IMG/VR virus record: IMGVR_UViG_3300027533_000667
Coordinates: 13,626 to 77,625 of that record
Length of the DNA stretch: 64,000 bases
Direction: 5' to 3' (one strand)
Source of the DNA: a virus
Lineage: Duplodnaviria; Caudoviricetes
This document shows, one piece after another, positions 35,989 to 46,004 of this stretch. The translations under genes were made by a program, and so were the position numbers. The notes beneath the pieces were generated by a model. It did no database searches and was not told the origin of the DNA. It saw only the letters and a program-made list of their open reading frames with translations. Position 1 is the first letter of the stretch, and the number at the start of each line of letters is the position of its first letter.

Positions 35989-36318
35989 TCAAGTTTTCTT
36001 AGGGCGTTTCACATGACAAACTATGCTGATCTCGCCAATGTAAGCACCAGCAGTTGTGGTCACTAGAATCTTCATGTAGTATTTGCCATCACCGTCAGGT
36101 CCGCCTGTAAGTAACCCACCCGTAATTCGGCATTGCACAATCGAACCACTGATTACAGGAGCGCCGGCAGTGATATCAGCAGGCAATGCACCGCCATCCC
36201 AATCCGTAACTGCTGATGCCGTAATAGGTGGACTCGTTACATACGTCCGCCAACCACCTACGTCGAATTCAAATAGTAGGTCTTCGCTTGGCGTTTTTTC
36301 AATGCGGACGGCAATCAT
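35989..36318 (-). CDS. small virion protein (KTPSEDLLFEFD type)
   Basis: Pattern recurrent in phage fibre-associated small beta proteins. Confidence 0.55.
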   Translation of the reverse strand: MIAVRIEKTPSEDLLFEFDVGGWRTYVTSPPITASAVTDWDGGALPADITAGAPVISGSIVQCRITGGLLTGGPDGDGKYYMKILVTTTAGAYIGEISIVCHVKRPKKT

Positions 36319-36324
36319 ACTTTA

Positions 36325-37272
36325 TCAACCATCGTAAAGGTCTGGCACAGTAAACAAAGTCTCACGTTCCGGCACAGTGAATAGAGTTTCTCGTTCAGGC
36401 ACAGTGTATCTCTGCCAAGGACCAACTATAAATCCAGGCAAGGAAGCAGCAGCAGATACAGCAGATACATTAACACCAGCAATACCAGTATCGGCACTAC
36501 CTATACCCAATGCCGACGCGGATGGAGCGACAGCCAAACAATTGACAACAGCGGCTCCTGGAAAGGCTGAAACGCTTCCAAATGGAGTTGCGTCGTTGCT
36601 AAACGCATCCACCTGCACATTTGCAATTCCAGAATCAACACTAACAGAACCAGCACCTGATGATGTTGGTGATGCTGCCGTTATTAATATCGATGCGATG
36701 CCAGTCTCAGCCTCTCCAGGAACAGAAACCGACGGTGACTCTGCTGACACAATCACCACAGCAGCGCCAGAGTTTATCGGTGCTGATCCTGTAGCTGCAG
36801 CCGTTGGAGATAATCCAGACACAGATACCGTCGCAAAACCTGCATCCGCCGACGATGATCCTGTTGCTGTTGATATTGATGCTGTCGCACTTATAGCAAC
36901 AGATGCTGCGCCGCTAACCGACTCGACAACTCCAGCCCCAACAGCTATCGGCGATGCCGCTAATATGACTACTAATGCCACACCAGAATCGACTGAAACG
37001 GAACCAGATGCTGCAGCTATCGAAGCGGCTGCCGTTATATTTATAGTCGCGGCGCTTGAATCAACACTGACAGAACCGACACCCAATGCTGTTGGAGCTA
37101 TTGCCGTTATGGAAACAATAGCCGCGCTAGTATCAACACTGCCACTACCTGATCCCAATGCTGCAGGACTAACCGCAGTAATGGGTGCGGTTGCTGCTCC
37201 TGTAGTAGCTGTAGCTGCTCCTGACCCCGCATCGAAGGCCGAACTGAACGCACTAGAAAAAGCGCCGGCCAT
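36325..37272 (-). CDS. Ala/Ser/Thr-rich repetitive fibre-like protein
   Basis: MAGAFSSAFSSAFD start, ~30-aa SVDSGAA..ITA.SP repeats, duplicated YTVPERETLF at the C-terminus. Confidence 0.6.
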   Translation of the reverse strand: MAGAFSSAFSSAFDAGSGAATATTGAATAPITAVSPAALGSGSGSVDTSAAIVSITAIAPTALGVGSVSVDSSAATINITAAASIAAASGSVSVDSGVALVVILAASPIAVGAGVVESVSGAASVAISATASISTATGSSSADAGFATVSVSGLSPTAAATGSAPINSGAAVVIVSAESPSVSVPGEAETGIASILITAASPTSSGAGSVSVDSGIANVQVDAFSNDATPFGSVSAFPGAAVVNCLAVAPSASALGIGSADTGIAGVNVSAVSAAASLPGFIVGPWQRYTVPERETLFTVPERETLFTVPDLYDG

Positions 37273-37275
37273 CGA

Positions 37276-37458
37276 CTACGCTCCAATTTCTTCCGCCCTA
37301 GATTTTTCAGCGTCTTCTAGCATTGCTGCTATGAGCCGAATGTCCTTGAGCGAAGCGTAGGACATTCCTTCTGGACCGTAAATTTCTGCATAGATTGATC
37401 CGTCATCGTCCGTTTTTATTGCAACGCCACAAACACGTTCAAAGTCTGGTTCGGTCAT
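37276..37458 (-). CDS. small hypothetical protein
   Basis: Ends EEIGA, like the upstream gene's KEIGA. Confidence 0.45.
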   Translation of the reverse strand: MTEPDFERVCGVAIKTDDDGSIYAEIYGPEGMSYASLKDIRLIAAMLEDAEKSRAEEIGA

Positions 37459-37460
37459 CT

Positions 37461-38105
37461 CTACGCTCCAATTTCTTTCAGTTCGCCCATAGAACCTGAC
37501 AAAATCGTGACCGCATTGCCATTCGTCTCGCTTGCAAATCGCAAAATGAATGTGCCGCCAGCCGCGCCTGTCGATATGTTACCGTCGATCCAGAACGTCA
37601 TCGCCGTCGCGCCACCGCTCGCCAACCCAGCTATCGCCGTGTTGTACGCGCCAGTCGCTCCATTGCGTGTGGTTGTCGCCGACTCAGCGATGCAGCCGAC
37701 CACGCGGACTAAACTCGGAGACGCCGGTCCATTCACAGCCAAACTGATTCCTGTTGTCGCTCCGACAGCCGTATATGCGCCGACGAAAGCAAAGGAATAA
37801 TGCGTGTTCGGTTTCAGTTGAAATTCGAGCCCAGCCACATCGCTAAGTGCGTTGCTCGTCGTTTGCCGATTCGCCGACAGCCTCACCATCGCGTGCCGCA
37901 ACACCGGATTGCCCGTTCGAGCAGCCAACCAAATATCATGCGCTGCCTGCGACCAGTCGAAGGACGAGACGGCCGAGTTCGCCGCCGTTTGCTGCGGAGC
38001 GGTCGCGCCGTTGAAAGAAATCGTGATGTCGCCCTGCACGCCCGACACACCGTGAATCGGGCAGACGGCGGCGACGGTCTCGTGTAGACGATTAAGCATC
38101 GACAA
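37461..38105 (-). CDS. fibre-associated structural protein
   Basis: LHETVAAVCPIHGVS...ATAPQQTAANSAVSSFDW N-terminus, then a beta-sandwich. Confidence 0.6.
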   Translation of the reverse strand: MSMLNRLHETVAAVCPIHGVSGVQGDITISFNGATAPQQTAANSAVSSFDWSQAAHDIWLAARTGNPVLRHAMVRLSANRQTTSNALSDVAGLEFQLKPNTHYSFAFVGAYTAVGATTGISLAVNGPASPSLVRVVGCIAESATTTRNGATGAYNTAIAGLASGGATAMTFWIDGNISTGAAGGTFILRFASETNGNAVTILSGSMGELKEIGA

Positions 38106-39024
38106 TCCCCTGCATTCCAGACGCCGGCGCGCCGTAGAGCGTGTGGCTCGATGTCGTCCCAGCCTTTTCCAACCATGCGTAGTAGTGGTATCCCAGCGCC
38201 GGAACGAACACTTCGCGGATGGTGCTGACTATATACGCGCCGTTCGCAGCCATGTAAATCGCCGGCGCAAGGTCCGCGCTTGGCACAGTGATCGAATCGG
38301 CACCGATCGACAGGTGAGGCCCTGTGCTCGCCGTGGTGTCCGCTCCCTGAATCAACGTCAAGTCCACTGCCGGCCCGGCCAGACCTATCACCACTTCCGC
38401 TTGGTTCGTGACCGTCGCCCGTGCCTGTCGCCAAGTGACAGTAGCGTAAGTCCATGACACGGTTGCGTCACTGACGCGGAGCTTCCGCAGAACCCGATTG
38501 TTCGCATTCCACACGAACCGCCGACGCGCTGAATCCTCCGTCGTCGTCGTTGCGGTCGTTCGGATCGTGCCGAGATACCGCCGCGTCGTCGCGCCGCTCT
38601 TCACGTAAACCCCGTCCTGAGTCGTCAGCGCATCGGCCCGCGTCGTGTCGTTCGTCCACGCCGCTGAAAGTTCCAAGGTCAACGTGCCGGCGTTGTCGTA
38701 CAGGAAGACATCGTAGTTTTTGTCGGCCGTGATCGTGCCGAGGGCGAGCGTCTTTTCCGTGAACGTGTAGAGCTTCCAACTTGTGCCGTCGTACAGGCCG
38801 ACCAGGTTGTGAGTGAACGGCGTGTAATAGACGTTCGTCTTTGCGGCCTGGTCGGCCGTGCTGATAGGGACGCCGGACTCCAGCGTCAACCGCCCGCCGG
38901 CAAAGCCTTGTGGGGTGTAGGCGCTGACGACGAAGTCACGCTGATCCTGTGCGCTGATATCGCCGGCTGCATTGTCGGCGAACAGCGTCAGCAGTTCGGC
39001 TCGGGTTCGTGGTACGTCAGCCAC
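38092..39024 (-). CDS. fibre/adhesin-like structural protein
   Basis: GGRLTLESGVP...YYTPF...KNYDVF...RRYLGTIRT pattern recurrent in phage fibre proteins. Confidence 0.6.
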   Translation of the reverse strand: MADVPRTRAELLTLFADNAAGDISAQDQRDFVVSAYTPQGFAGGRLTLESGVPISTADQAAKTNVYYTPFTHNLVGLYDGTSWKLYTFTEKTLALGTITADKNYDVFLYDNAGTLTLELSAAWTNDTTRADALTTQDGVYVKSGATTRRYLGTIRTTATTTTEDSARRRFVWNANNRVLRKLRVSDATVSWTYATVTWRQARATVTNQAEVVIGLAGPAVDLTLIQGADTTASTGPHLSIGADSITVPSADLAPAIYMAANGAYIVSTIREVFVPALGYHYYAWLEKAGTTSSHTLYGAPASGMQGIVDA

Positions 39025-41874
39025 TTAGCCTCCAACTTTCTTGTAAACCGCCTCGCCTTCCCAACTCAATTTCGGAATCACGACATATTCGACCGGCGTC
39101 GGCGGGACTGGCAGAACCATCGTGCGAATCGCCACGCTCGCCGTCGCCGTCCCACCCTGGCCAGTCGCCGTGGCTGTCGCCGTGAAATCGCCAGCCGACG
39201 CATACGGATGCGTGATCGTCAGTGCGTTGCCGGTCGTACCGTCACCGAAGTCCCAAACAACACCCGTCGCATTCGTGACGACTGCCGCGAACGACACGGA
39301 CAGCGGCGCAACTCCCGACGTCGGGCTTGCCGCGATCGTGATCGTCGGCGCAGGTGTCGGCGTCGGCGGTTCTGGCGCGTCTTGCGGCACGTTCGGCAAC
39401 GGTAATGCGGGCTGAATCGGCGTGCTGGCCGGTGGTTGAGTAACCCACCAATCGTAAGCCTGTCGATTCGGGTACGGCGCACCGTCCGGAATGCGGTTGA
39501 CCCACACACCAAGTTGGAAGCCGTCAACCATAGTCTGCGGGCAGTTCAGGCCGAGCGTGTAGACGTATGGTCCGGTTTGAATCCACTCGCCGGTTGCGTC
39601 CTGAATAATAAGTGGGCCATCGGCATTGACCGTCTGTTGGAATGCGCCGTGACTTCGAGATGATTGAGTCACCCAAATATCAGGTAGTACCGTCGGCGGT
39701 CCGCTGGACACATAAGCTTGAATGCCGTCCGTTCCTTGCACTGCATCCGCCGGCAAGAGCTTCATTCCGATCCGCGTGTGATACTTTTCCCAGAACGTCG
39801 CGTTCGTGTGACCGACCGCGTGAGGCGGAATGTTCAGCACGCTCGAGTAAGGGAAATCGTCGGCCAGTTCGGGATAATGCAGGAACTTGTCGCCGACCTT
39901 AACCACATCATCCCAATAGCACATTTGGCCATTCTGCATGAACGGCATCAGCATCGGGTATCGCGGATCACCCGTGTAGAGGTTCGCCCCGAAGTGGTTC
40001 ATCCTCAGTCGAACTTTGAACATCGGACAGTCGAACGTCGTCGCCGCATCGAACGTGATTCGTCTCGGAACGCGATGGAACACCTGCGGTATCGAAATCC
40101 CAACGTCGGCGCGAATGGCGCAGTTGACGTAGGTGTTCGTTTGGCTCGTCCATCCGGGAATTGCCGACGGCCAACGCTGCCGACCGGCGACGGAGAGCAT
40201 TGATAGGTTTGTCCACGAGATGCCGCCCGTGAACCCGCTGTGACCAACAGCCGCGAATGGTCCGGTTGCGCTCGGAATCGGATCGGGGATGACGATGTTC
40301 TCGAAGTCCATCCACGTCATGTAGCCGAAAAACACCGATTGCAGCGATGCTTCGAACCAACAGTTTTTTACCGTGCTGTTTCGCACCGGCGCTTGCGTCG
40401 GCGTGATGTTCAGACCGACTTGCCAGAAATCGACAGCCTCGCCGCACGCGAACACGTTCAGCCCGTCGATCACTTGTGGCGCGAGCGCCGGCGCGCAACC
40501 GCTGGTGAGAATAGACGGCGTGTTGCACGTGCCCTTGATGTTGACGCCGGGGAACACAACCTCGGTAGTGAAGTCTGGCGGTAGCTTGAACGACGACGAG
40601 CCAGCGAATCCCATCAAGAACACACCATGCGATTTTGGGAACCCAGCTACGTCGCAGTCGTAAATCTCTTCGCCGCCGCAGTGCGTCCAAATGCCGTGGC
40701 CATTTTTGGCATGATCTTCAGTTGGCGATGCTGGCTCCTGTAAATTTACGATAGGTACAAGACAGGTTGTTCGCAGCATAGAACATTCACGCAACTCACC
40801 GATCTCCGTGCCGATCTCACTGACTAAATGCCCTCCAAAGATTTTGTACGCCGCGCATCCGAACCGGTTCACATATGAACCGTGGTTGACAAGTCCCCAG
40901 CCAGGCGATCCTTCAAAGTAGCACTCCTCAACCTTGTGCGGTTCATCGGTCCACGTCCCGCCGTTCAGATGGAAATGGAGCATGTACCGGCCGCGAGCGT
41001 TCTCTAGGCCGTTGCCGAAGCCGTCCGGGTCCGTGACTGGCAACGCCTTGTCGGTCCGCCCGAGGTTGACAAACCCCGCATGGCAGATGTCCGTCATCCC
41101 GCCGTGACCGTGCGAACCGTGGCCACTCATCACCATGATGTGCCCGAAGCGTTTCGGGTCCGTCGATTCGCTAGTGAAATGAACGGTCCGCTTGCTGCGA
41201 TTGATGACGAACATCTCGCGGTAGAGGCCGGTCTTGGCGTCAGCAAGGCGAACGTGGTCAAACAGAAGCGGAGCATTGAGAACCATCGACATGCCATCGG
41301 CGGCGACCGAGACGATGCTCAGTTCCTCATCTTCATTCGCCAAGCAACTTGTACCGGCCATGGCAATCGAATCGCCAGCGATCCAACCGGCAACCGGCTT
41401 TTGAAATCGGATCAGCCTTTCCCCGGCCATGTTGCCGAGCGTCCGCACTCTCGCCGTCCGCTTCTCGCCGCACGCTTCGAACATTCCCATCGCGATCAAG
41501 CCGCGACCCATTGCCCACGGATCGGCAGTGAAGTCCATCGGCCCGAAGTCTGCGAACACCACGTCGCACTGGCCGGTGACTTCGTTGTGATGATCGCCAA
41601 ATTTGAGCACGCTCCCCATGTCGCTGACGATCGTCTCGCAGTGGAGTCGCGTGTTCGCATCGACTTGCGTGATGAGCGAGCCGCCGACGCGCAACCACTT
41701 GAGTTTCGGCGTCTGGATGTCGAGAGTGAGTGTTATCCCTGGCGGGACGTAGACGCGATCGCCGTCGTTTAGGACCAAAGCAGACATCGGGCCGCTTTGC
41801 GCGACGACAACCGTCGCCGCGTTCAGCGGGCAGATTGCCAAAACTTTATCCATGTCCGTCACGATGTTCTCCAA
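39025..41874 (-). CDS. G8-domain, parallel beta-helix, PKD-domain protein (putative receptor-binding protein/depolymerase)
   Basis: G8 pattern (DRVYVPPG.TLTLD...WLRVGGSL...RGLIAMG), GRYMLHFH beta-helix, C-terminal PKD (ASPTSGVAPLSVSF...WDFGDG...HPYASAGDFT). Confidence 0.8.
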   Translation of the reverse strand: MENIVTDMDKVLAICPLNAATVVVAQSGPMSALVLNDGDRVYVPPGITLTLDIQTPKLKWLRVGGSLITQVDANTRLHCETIVSDMGSVLKFGDHHNEVTGQCDVVFADFGPMDFTADPWAMGRGLIAMGMFEACGEKRTARVRTLGNMAGERLIRFQKPVAGWIAGDSIAMAGTSCLANEDEELSIVSVAADGMSMVLNAPLLFDHVRLADAKTGLYREMFVINRSKRTVHFTSESTDPKRFGHIMVMSGHGSHGHGGMTDICHAGFVNLGRTDKALPVTDPDGFGNGLENARGRYMLHFHLNGGTWTDEPHKVEECYFEGSPGWGLVNHGSYVNRFGCAAYKIFGGHLVSEIGTEIGELRECSMLRTTCLVPIVNLQEPASPTEDHAKNGHGIWTHCGGEEIYDCDVAGFPKSHGVFLMGFAGSSSFKLPPDFTTEVVFPGVNIKGTCNTPSILTSGCAPALAPQVIDGLNVFACGEAVDFWQVGLNITPTQAPVRNSTVKNCWFEASLQSVFFGYMTWMDFENIVIPDPIPSATGPFAAVGHSGFTGGISWTNLSMLSVAGRQRWPSAIPGWTSQTNTYVNCAIRADVGISIPQVFHRVPRRITFDAATTFDCPMFKVRLRMNHFGANLYTGDPRYPMLMPFMQNGQMCYWDDVVKVGDKFLHYPELADDFPYSSVLNIPPHAVGHTNATFWEKYHTRIGMKLLPADAVQGTDGIQAYVSSGPPTVLPDIWVTQSSRSHGAFQQTVNADGPLIIQDATGEWIQTGPYVYTLGLNCPQTMVDGFQLGVWVNRIPDGAPYPNRQAYDWWVTQPPASTPIQPALPLPNVPQDAPEPPTPTPAPTITIAASPTSGVAPLSVSFAAVVTNATGVVWDFGDGTTGNALTITHPYASAGDFTATATATGQGGTATASVAIRTMVLPVPPTPVEYVVIPKLSWEGEAVYKKVGG

Positions 41875-42228
41875 TTATACTTTGCCAGTCTTCTTGAATA
41901 TCTTCACCAATTCCACCAACGTCCAGTTACGTGAATCGTCCGGGTGTTGCTTGTGCCATGCCGGATTCTTCTTCAAACACGCCTTAGCCGATGCTTCCGC
42001 TTCCTTCTCAATGTCCATCAATTCCTTTTCGGACAAACCAACCAGCGTAGCCAATTCCGACGCCTTCGGCTTCATATTGTTGCGTAGTCTAGCGATTAGC
42101 ATCTCCCGTTTGCCGTGAGCTACTAATTCTTTGTTTATCTCGGCAGCACGTTGTTTGATAGAATCACGAACCTCCACCCGCTCTTTCTCCAAAGCAGCTT
42201 TAGATACTTGTAGTTTTGCTACTGACAT
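41875..42228 (-). CDS. basic helical hypothetical protein
   Basis: GGAG SD; 117 aa. Confidence 0.55.
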   Translation of the reverse strand: MSVAKLQVSKAALEKERVEVRDSIKQRAAEINKELVAHGKREMLIARLRNNMKPKASELATLVGLSEKELMDIEKEAEASAKACLKKNPAWHKQHPDDSRNWTLVELVKIFKKTGKV

Positions 42229-42237
42229 AATTACTCC

Positions 42238-42756
42238 TTAGACAGTGAATCGTATGTTTCCATTGGTGTCGTCGTTGTTGACCAAAATGTCCGACCCGTT
42301 GGTCGTCAAGTTGCCGGTGAATTCCAAATATACGATCGGCAGCGATGCGCCGTCGTTGGTGATCTCAAATATCAGCACAAGACTTGCCAAGGTATTGTTC
42401 GTGGCTCCGCCAATGGCAGTCCATGTTTTGTCTTCGGGGATGGCGACTACGCGATTGTTTGCCGTTTGTTCTGTAATCGTAATCGCAAATGTCAGTCGGT
42501 CGGCTCCAGCAAATCCGCCAGTGTAGCCTGTAGCATCAGATTCGCTAGAACTTACATCGTTGACAAAATCATGATCGGGATCGTAAGTGTATGCAGATTT
42601 GACAAGCATCCCTTTGATAGTAGATGTGTCTAGGTTGTACGATTGAAGAATTAATCCCTCGACGCCATTTGAATAGCATCCTGCGGCGTGATAAACTTCT
42701 GGAAGCAGTAGGTGCTTAAACCCCAAATCCCCATGCAACAAGAATTTGCGTAGCAC
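42238..42756 (-). CDS. virion structural protein
   Basis: NLDTSTIKGMLV...YDPDHDFVNDV...GYTGG...LTTNGSDI pattern common in phage structural proteins. Confidence 0.6.
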   Translation of the reverse strand: MLRKFLLHGDLGFKHLLLPEVYHAAGCYSNGVEGLILQSYNLDTSTIKGMLVKSAYTYDPDHDFVNDVSSSESDATGYTGGFAGADRLTFAITITEQTANNRVVAIPEDKTWTAIGGATNNTLASLVLIFEITNDGASLPIVYLEFTGNLTTNGSDILVNNDDTNGNIRFTV

Positions 42757-42757
42757 T

Positions 42758-43162
42758 TCAATCTCCTGCCGTTGTGGCTGTTAAATTTCCGACTTCTAAG
42801 TGAGTGCGGAATCTAGCTTCTGTGTATTTCGCCCGCACATGATCTGCCATTTTGCGGGCGGCTTCGTATGGAATGCTAACCCGTTCGTGTAGTGAGCACT
42901 CATCCCCAACCACGGTAAATCGAATGTTGATAAAACCGTCCCAGCTTTTCACTAGGATGTTCCAATCTTGCCCTTTCACCAATTCGCCACGCCCGCCTGA
43001 TTGCATCCATGATTCGCAAACGACGCACAACTCTTCTATCTTTTCGGCAAATCGCAAACCATCATCAGGCGAAAGTAGTAAGTCACGCTTACGCCCACAA
43101 AAATCAACAATGACACGATCACGATTGCAGCCGAAGCCCAATTTGACTTGCATGTCTGTCAC
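42758..43162 (-). CDS. hypothetical protein
   Basis: Directly downstream of the portal gene. Confidence 0.5.
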   Translation of the reverse strand: MTDMQVKLGFGCNRDRVIVDFCGRKRDLLLSPDDGLRFAEKIEELCVVCESWMQSGGRGELVKGQDWNILVKSWDGFINIRFTVVGDECSLHERVSIPYEAARKMADHVRAKYTEARFRTHLEVGNLTATTAGD

Positions 43163-44710
43163 TTATGTAGTGTTTCGATTAAGCTGAGTCTGTCCATTTC
43201 GATTTTGATTCGTTCTATCGGCACTACTGGTTGTACCAGAACTAGGCAATCCGCTACCTTCTTCCCGCCAAATCATCTCAGTGAGTGCTTTATATCCTGG
43301 CTTCTTAATTTGTACTATGATCTTCGTTGCCAAATCATGCTTCCACTTCAAAACCTCAGTGAGATAAAAGTAGTATGGCATGACTTTCTCAGCACCGCTC
43401 GTGACGTACTGCAGCAGCGATTGCGTCAACTTGAGAGCGATTTCCGCCTGCTCTGTTTCCTTTAGAGCATTCAAATCCTTCCAAGAAATCTTGTACTGTT
43501 TTGGTTTCGACAGAACACCGAACATTATCAGACGATCAAGCAATTCACGGCAAAGTTCTGGTTCGGCGACCTGCCATTGTCGTTTGGCGATTCTACCATT
43601 CCATCGCTTGCCTTCTTCGTCACCTGTAGTTTGGCCAGATTCACTACCGAGCAGAATGCGAACTGGACACCCCAGCGCCATGGCGATCATCAATAACTGC
43701 TGATATACATGCGCTGTTGGATCGGAAATGGTTCCAGTAAGTGCTTTGATCGTGACGCCTTCAACTGCTATGAATCTTTGTAGATGATTCAGAAACAGCT
43801 GGAACTCTTCGCTTAACTCTTCCTTGTTGATACTTTCAGCATCGAGGAACTCCGGCAACGACTCAACCGAATAACCTGGATATCCGCCCTTGTAGAACAT
43901 CTCGCCGGAACCGGCAAGAATCTTTCTCAGATCACAACATCGATTGATTGTTGTTTGCAGTCTCGGCGTGCCGTATATTTCACTCTCTACTTTGTCAGGG
44001 GCAAAATGAAGAACTCTCTGCCAATGAACCTTCTCTGGCACAGGCCCTTTTCGCCTGGCTGTCATAGGCGAAGAAGCAGACTGCTCACCTTCCACGAAAG
44101 TAGAATTTGCTGTATCAGTAAAAGTGAAATGATACATTTTGGGTCTGCCAAAACGATCACTATTAGCATCCTCCTCTATCTCAAAAACCTGAGCATTCTG
44201 CTCTGAGAATACCCGGATGAACTTCAAACTGAGTTTTGCCGGTCTGCCTTTGATTTTGTTGCCATCCTCATCAAATCCTTCAATTGGCTGATCCAATTCT
44301 GCTTCGTCATCGAAACCAAGCAGAAGACAACCATATCGACCGATACCAGCAACCTTATCCAACCTATGAAGATATGCCCACAAGTTTATAGTAATCAGCA
44401 ATTCATCTAGCGATCTTTCAAACTCTGTGGATTCTTCACCTTCCTGTTCGTAAGCATCTGGATAGACCTTCCATGTCTCATCCGGCAACAGATTAACGAT
44501 CTGAGTGGCAAACCCTTCTTCGTCAAACCACTGCTTGTAAACTTCGTAAGGAATTGGACGTGATGGATATCCGCACTCCGCATTCATGTCGCGGGTTGGC
44601 GGATCGAGGAAGTTCCTACCTCCAGCCTGCTCTCGGCTTAGGAAATTACGGATCACTCCCGTAATTGCCCTGCCCATCATCTTGTTGAAGATCAGTTTCT
44701 GATCTGACAC
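43163..44710 (-). CDS. portal protein (DUF1073-type)
   Basis: GIGRYGCLLLG, VHWQRVLH, GTPRLQ, GCPVRILLGSESG, SWKDLNAL.E.EQAEI motifs. Confidence 0.88.
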   Translation of the reverse strand: MSDQKLIFNKMMGRAITGVIRNFLSREQAGGRNFLDPPTRDMNAECGYPSRPIPYEVYKQWFDEEGFATQIVNLLPDETWKVYPDAYEQEGEESTEFERSLDELLITINLWAYLHRLDKVAGIGRYGCLLLGFDDEAELDQPIEGFDEDGNKIKGRPAKLSLKFIRVFSEQNAQVFEIEEDANSDRFGRPKMYHFTFTDTANSTFVEGEQSASSPMTARRKGPVPEKVHWQRVLHFAPDKVESEIYGTPRLQTTINRCCDLRKILAGSGEMFYKGGYPGYSVESLPEFLDAESINKEELSEEFQLFLNHLQRFIAVEGVTIKALTGTISDPTAHVYQQLLMIAMALGCPVRILLGSESGQTTGDEEGKRWNGRIAKRQWQVAEPELCRELLDRLIMFGVLSKPKQYKISWKDLNALKETEQAEIALKLTQSLLQYVTSGAEKVMPYYFYLTEVLKWKHDLATKIIVQIKKPGYKALTEMIWREEGSGLPSSGTTSSADRTNQNRNGQTQLNRNTT

Positions 44711-44715
44711 AGCAA

Positions 44716-45042
44716 CTATCCTCTTAATTTCTTAACTTCAGCACACACACCGGCAAGTCGATCCTTTTGTTTTGGATCGCGTAATTGTGACATTAACTCT
44801 ATTCGCAACGAATCCCGCTTCTTCGCCGGGATTCGTTTTCGCCGACTGATCCGATCAATCAACCTCTCCACCCGCTTAGGTCGCTTGATTGCCAACTTTT
44901 GAATTGCCTCTTCCGGCGGTGTCTGCTTCGGAAGACATATAGATGCTGCCTGCAAAACCCCGATCAGAAATTGAAGCAACAAAGCAGCATCTATAGCTAA
45001 CTTAGCAGACATCTCTCCGGCGGTCTGGCGGGTTTCGGTCAT
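44716..45042 (-). CDS. hypothetical protein
   Basis: ATG 45042 overlaps the upstream TGA. Confidence 0.55.
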   Translation of the reverse strand: MTETRQTAGEMSAKLAIDAALLLQFLIGVLQAASICLPKQTPPEEAIQKLAIKRPKRVERLIDRISRRKRIPAKKRDSLRIELMSQLRDPKQKDRLAGVCAEVKKLRG

Positions 45043-45317
45043 CCTGTCACGATTGAAAAAATTGGAACCTCTCGAATCGACTTCACCGCCTCGCGGCACT
45101 TCGGGCAGAAGCGGTCGCCCGGTTTACCTGACCCGCGAAAGTAGAATTCTCTAACGTGCAACGGCCCGAGGCATCGCGTCATATCCGCGGCAGCCCCCTT
45201 TTGTCCTGCCATCGGCTTCGCTCCCCGTCTCCGGTCGGGCAAGCCCCGTAGGTGTCTGGCGGTCGGCATCACTCTCGCTTTCGCCGGACACGCCGGCGGG
45301 TTCGTTGCCTTTATCAC
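45039..45317 (-). CDS. small basic zinc-binding protein
   Basis: C...H...RFCPKC; ATGA overlaps. Confidence 0.5.
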   Translation of the reverse strand: MIKATNPPACPAKARVMPTARHLRGLPDRRRGAKPMAGQKGAAADMTRCLGPLHVREFYFRGSGKPGDRFCPKCREAVKSIREVPIFSIVTG

Positions 45318-45976
45318 CCTCCGGACAGGCGGGCCGGCCGCGCTGCCGGACGTGCGGCTTGGCGTCGCACGGGCGATGCCATGATCGGCAGGGACAACGC
45401 ACCTTTCGCGTCGCGGATTTTGACTTGGGCTATTGTTTTGGTCGTTGTGACGCTCGCCCCGTCCACGAATTTCTGAGCCATCCCCTTATCGATCGCGGCG
45501 GCCGTCTCGCCCGTGCAATCGCACATCGACACGAAACGGCCGCCGCCGCTCTTGTCCATGAACAGCAGCCGCGAACCTATCGCGTCCGTCTCGTTCCCGA
45601 AACCTTTCTCCAGGTAGATCAGTACGGCCTTGTCGACGAATTCATCGGCGAGCAAACGACCGGCGCGACTGGTCAGGCTGTCCTTGCCCGCGAAGATCAT
45701 GTACGGCTTGTTGACTTTCTTCGCGGCCGCTTTCCCGTCCGCGATCGTGCGGAACAAATTGGTCCCCGTGGTCAGACTCTTGTGGTGCGCGTAGAGGAAA
45801 TCCGGATCGGCCCACGCGCGGGCCTTGGCTTCCTCGCGAGTCATTTCCGGTTCGTCGTCGCGCGTCCCTTTCTTTTCGTAGTCCTGCCCGGCCGAGACCC
45901 CGGAGAGCGCCAGGACGATCAACAGACTAGCGATCACGACCATCGCCGACAGGAATGTATCGATCAACTTGCTCAT
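45314..45976 (-). CDS. exported/membrane protein
   Basis: N-terminal hydrophobic signal (VVIASLLIVLALSGVSAG); CDC motif; GC-rich. Confidence 0.6.
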   Translation of the reverse strand: MSKLIDTFLSAMVVIASLLIVLALSGVSAGQDYEKKGTRDDEPEMTREEAKARAWADPDFLYAHHKSLTTGTNLFRTIADGKAAAKKVNKPYMIFAGKDSLTSRAGRLLADEFVDKAVLIYLEKGFGNETDAIGSRLLFMDKSGGGRFVSMCDCTGETAAAIDKGMAQKFVDGASVTTTKTIAQVKIRDAKGALSLPIMASPVRRQAARPAARPARLSGG

Positions 45977-46004
45977 GATGTTTCTCCGAATGTGAAAAGC
46001 GGAC

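Noticed and set aside
32312-37360. Plus-strand ORFs 32312..32803 and 36377..37360
   Set aside because: They are antisense shadows of low-complexity minus-strand structural genes.
43163-44710. Anti-CBASS (Acb1-like) label sometimes attached to this family
   Set aside because: Size, DUF1073-type motifs and position indicate a portal protein; no 2H phosphodiesterase motifs were seen.
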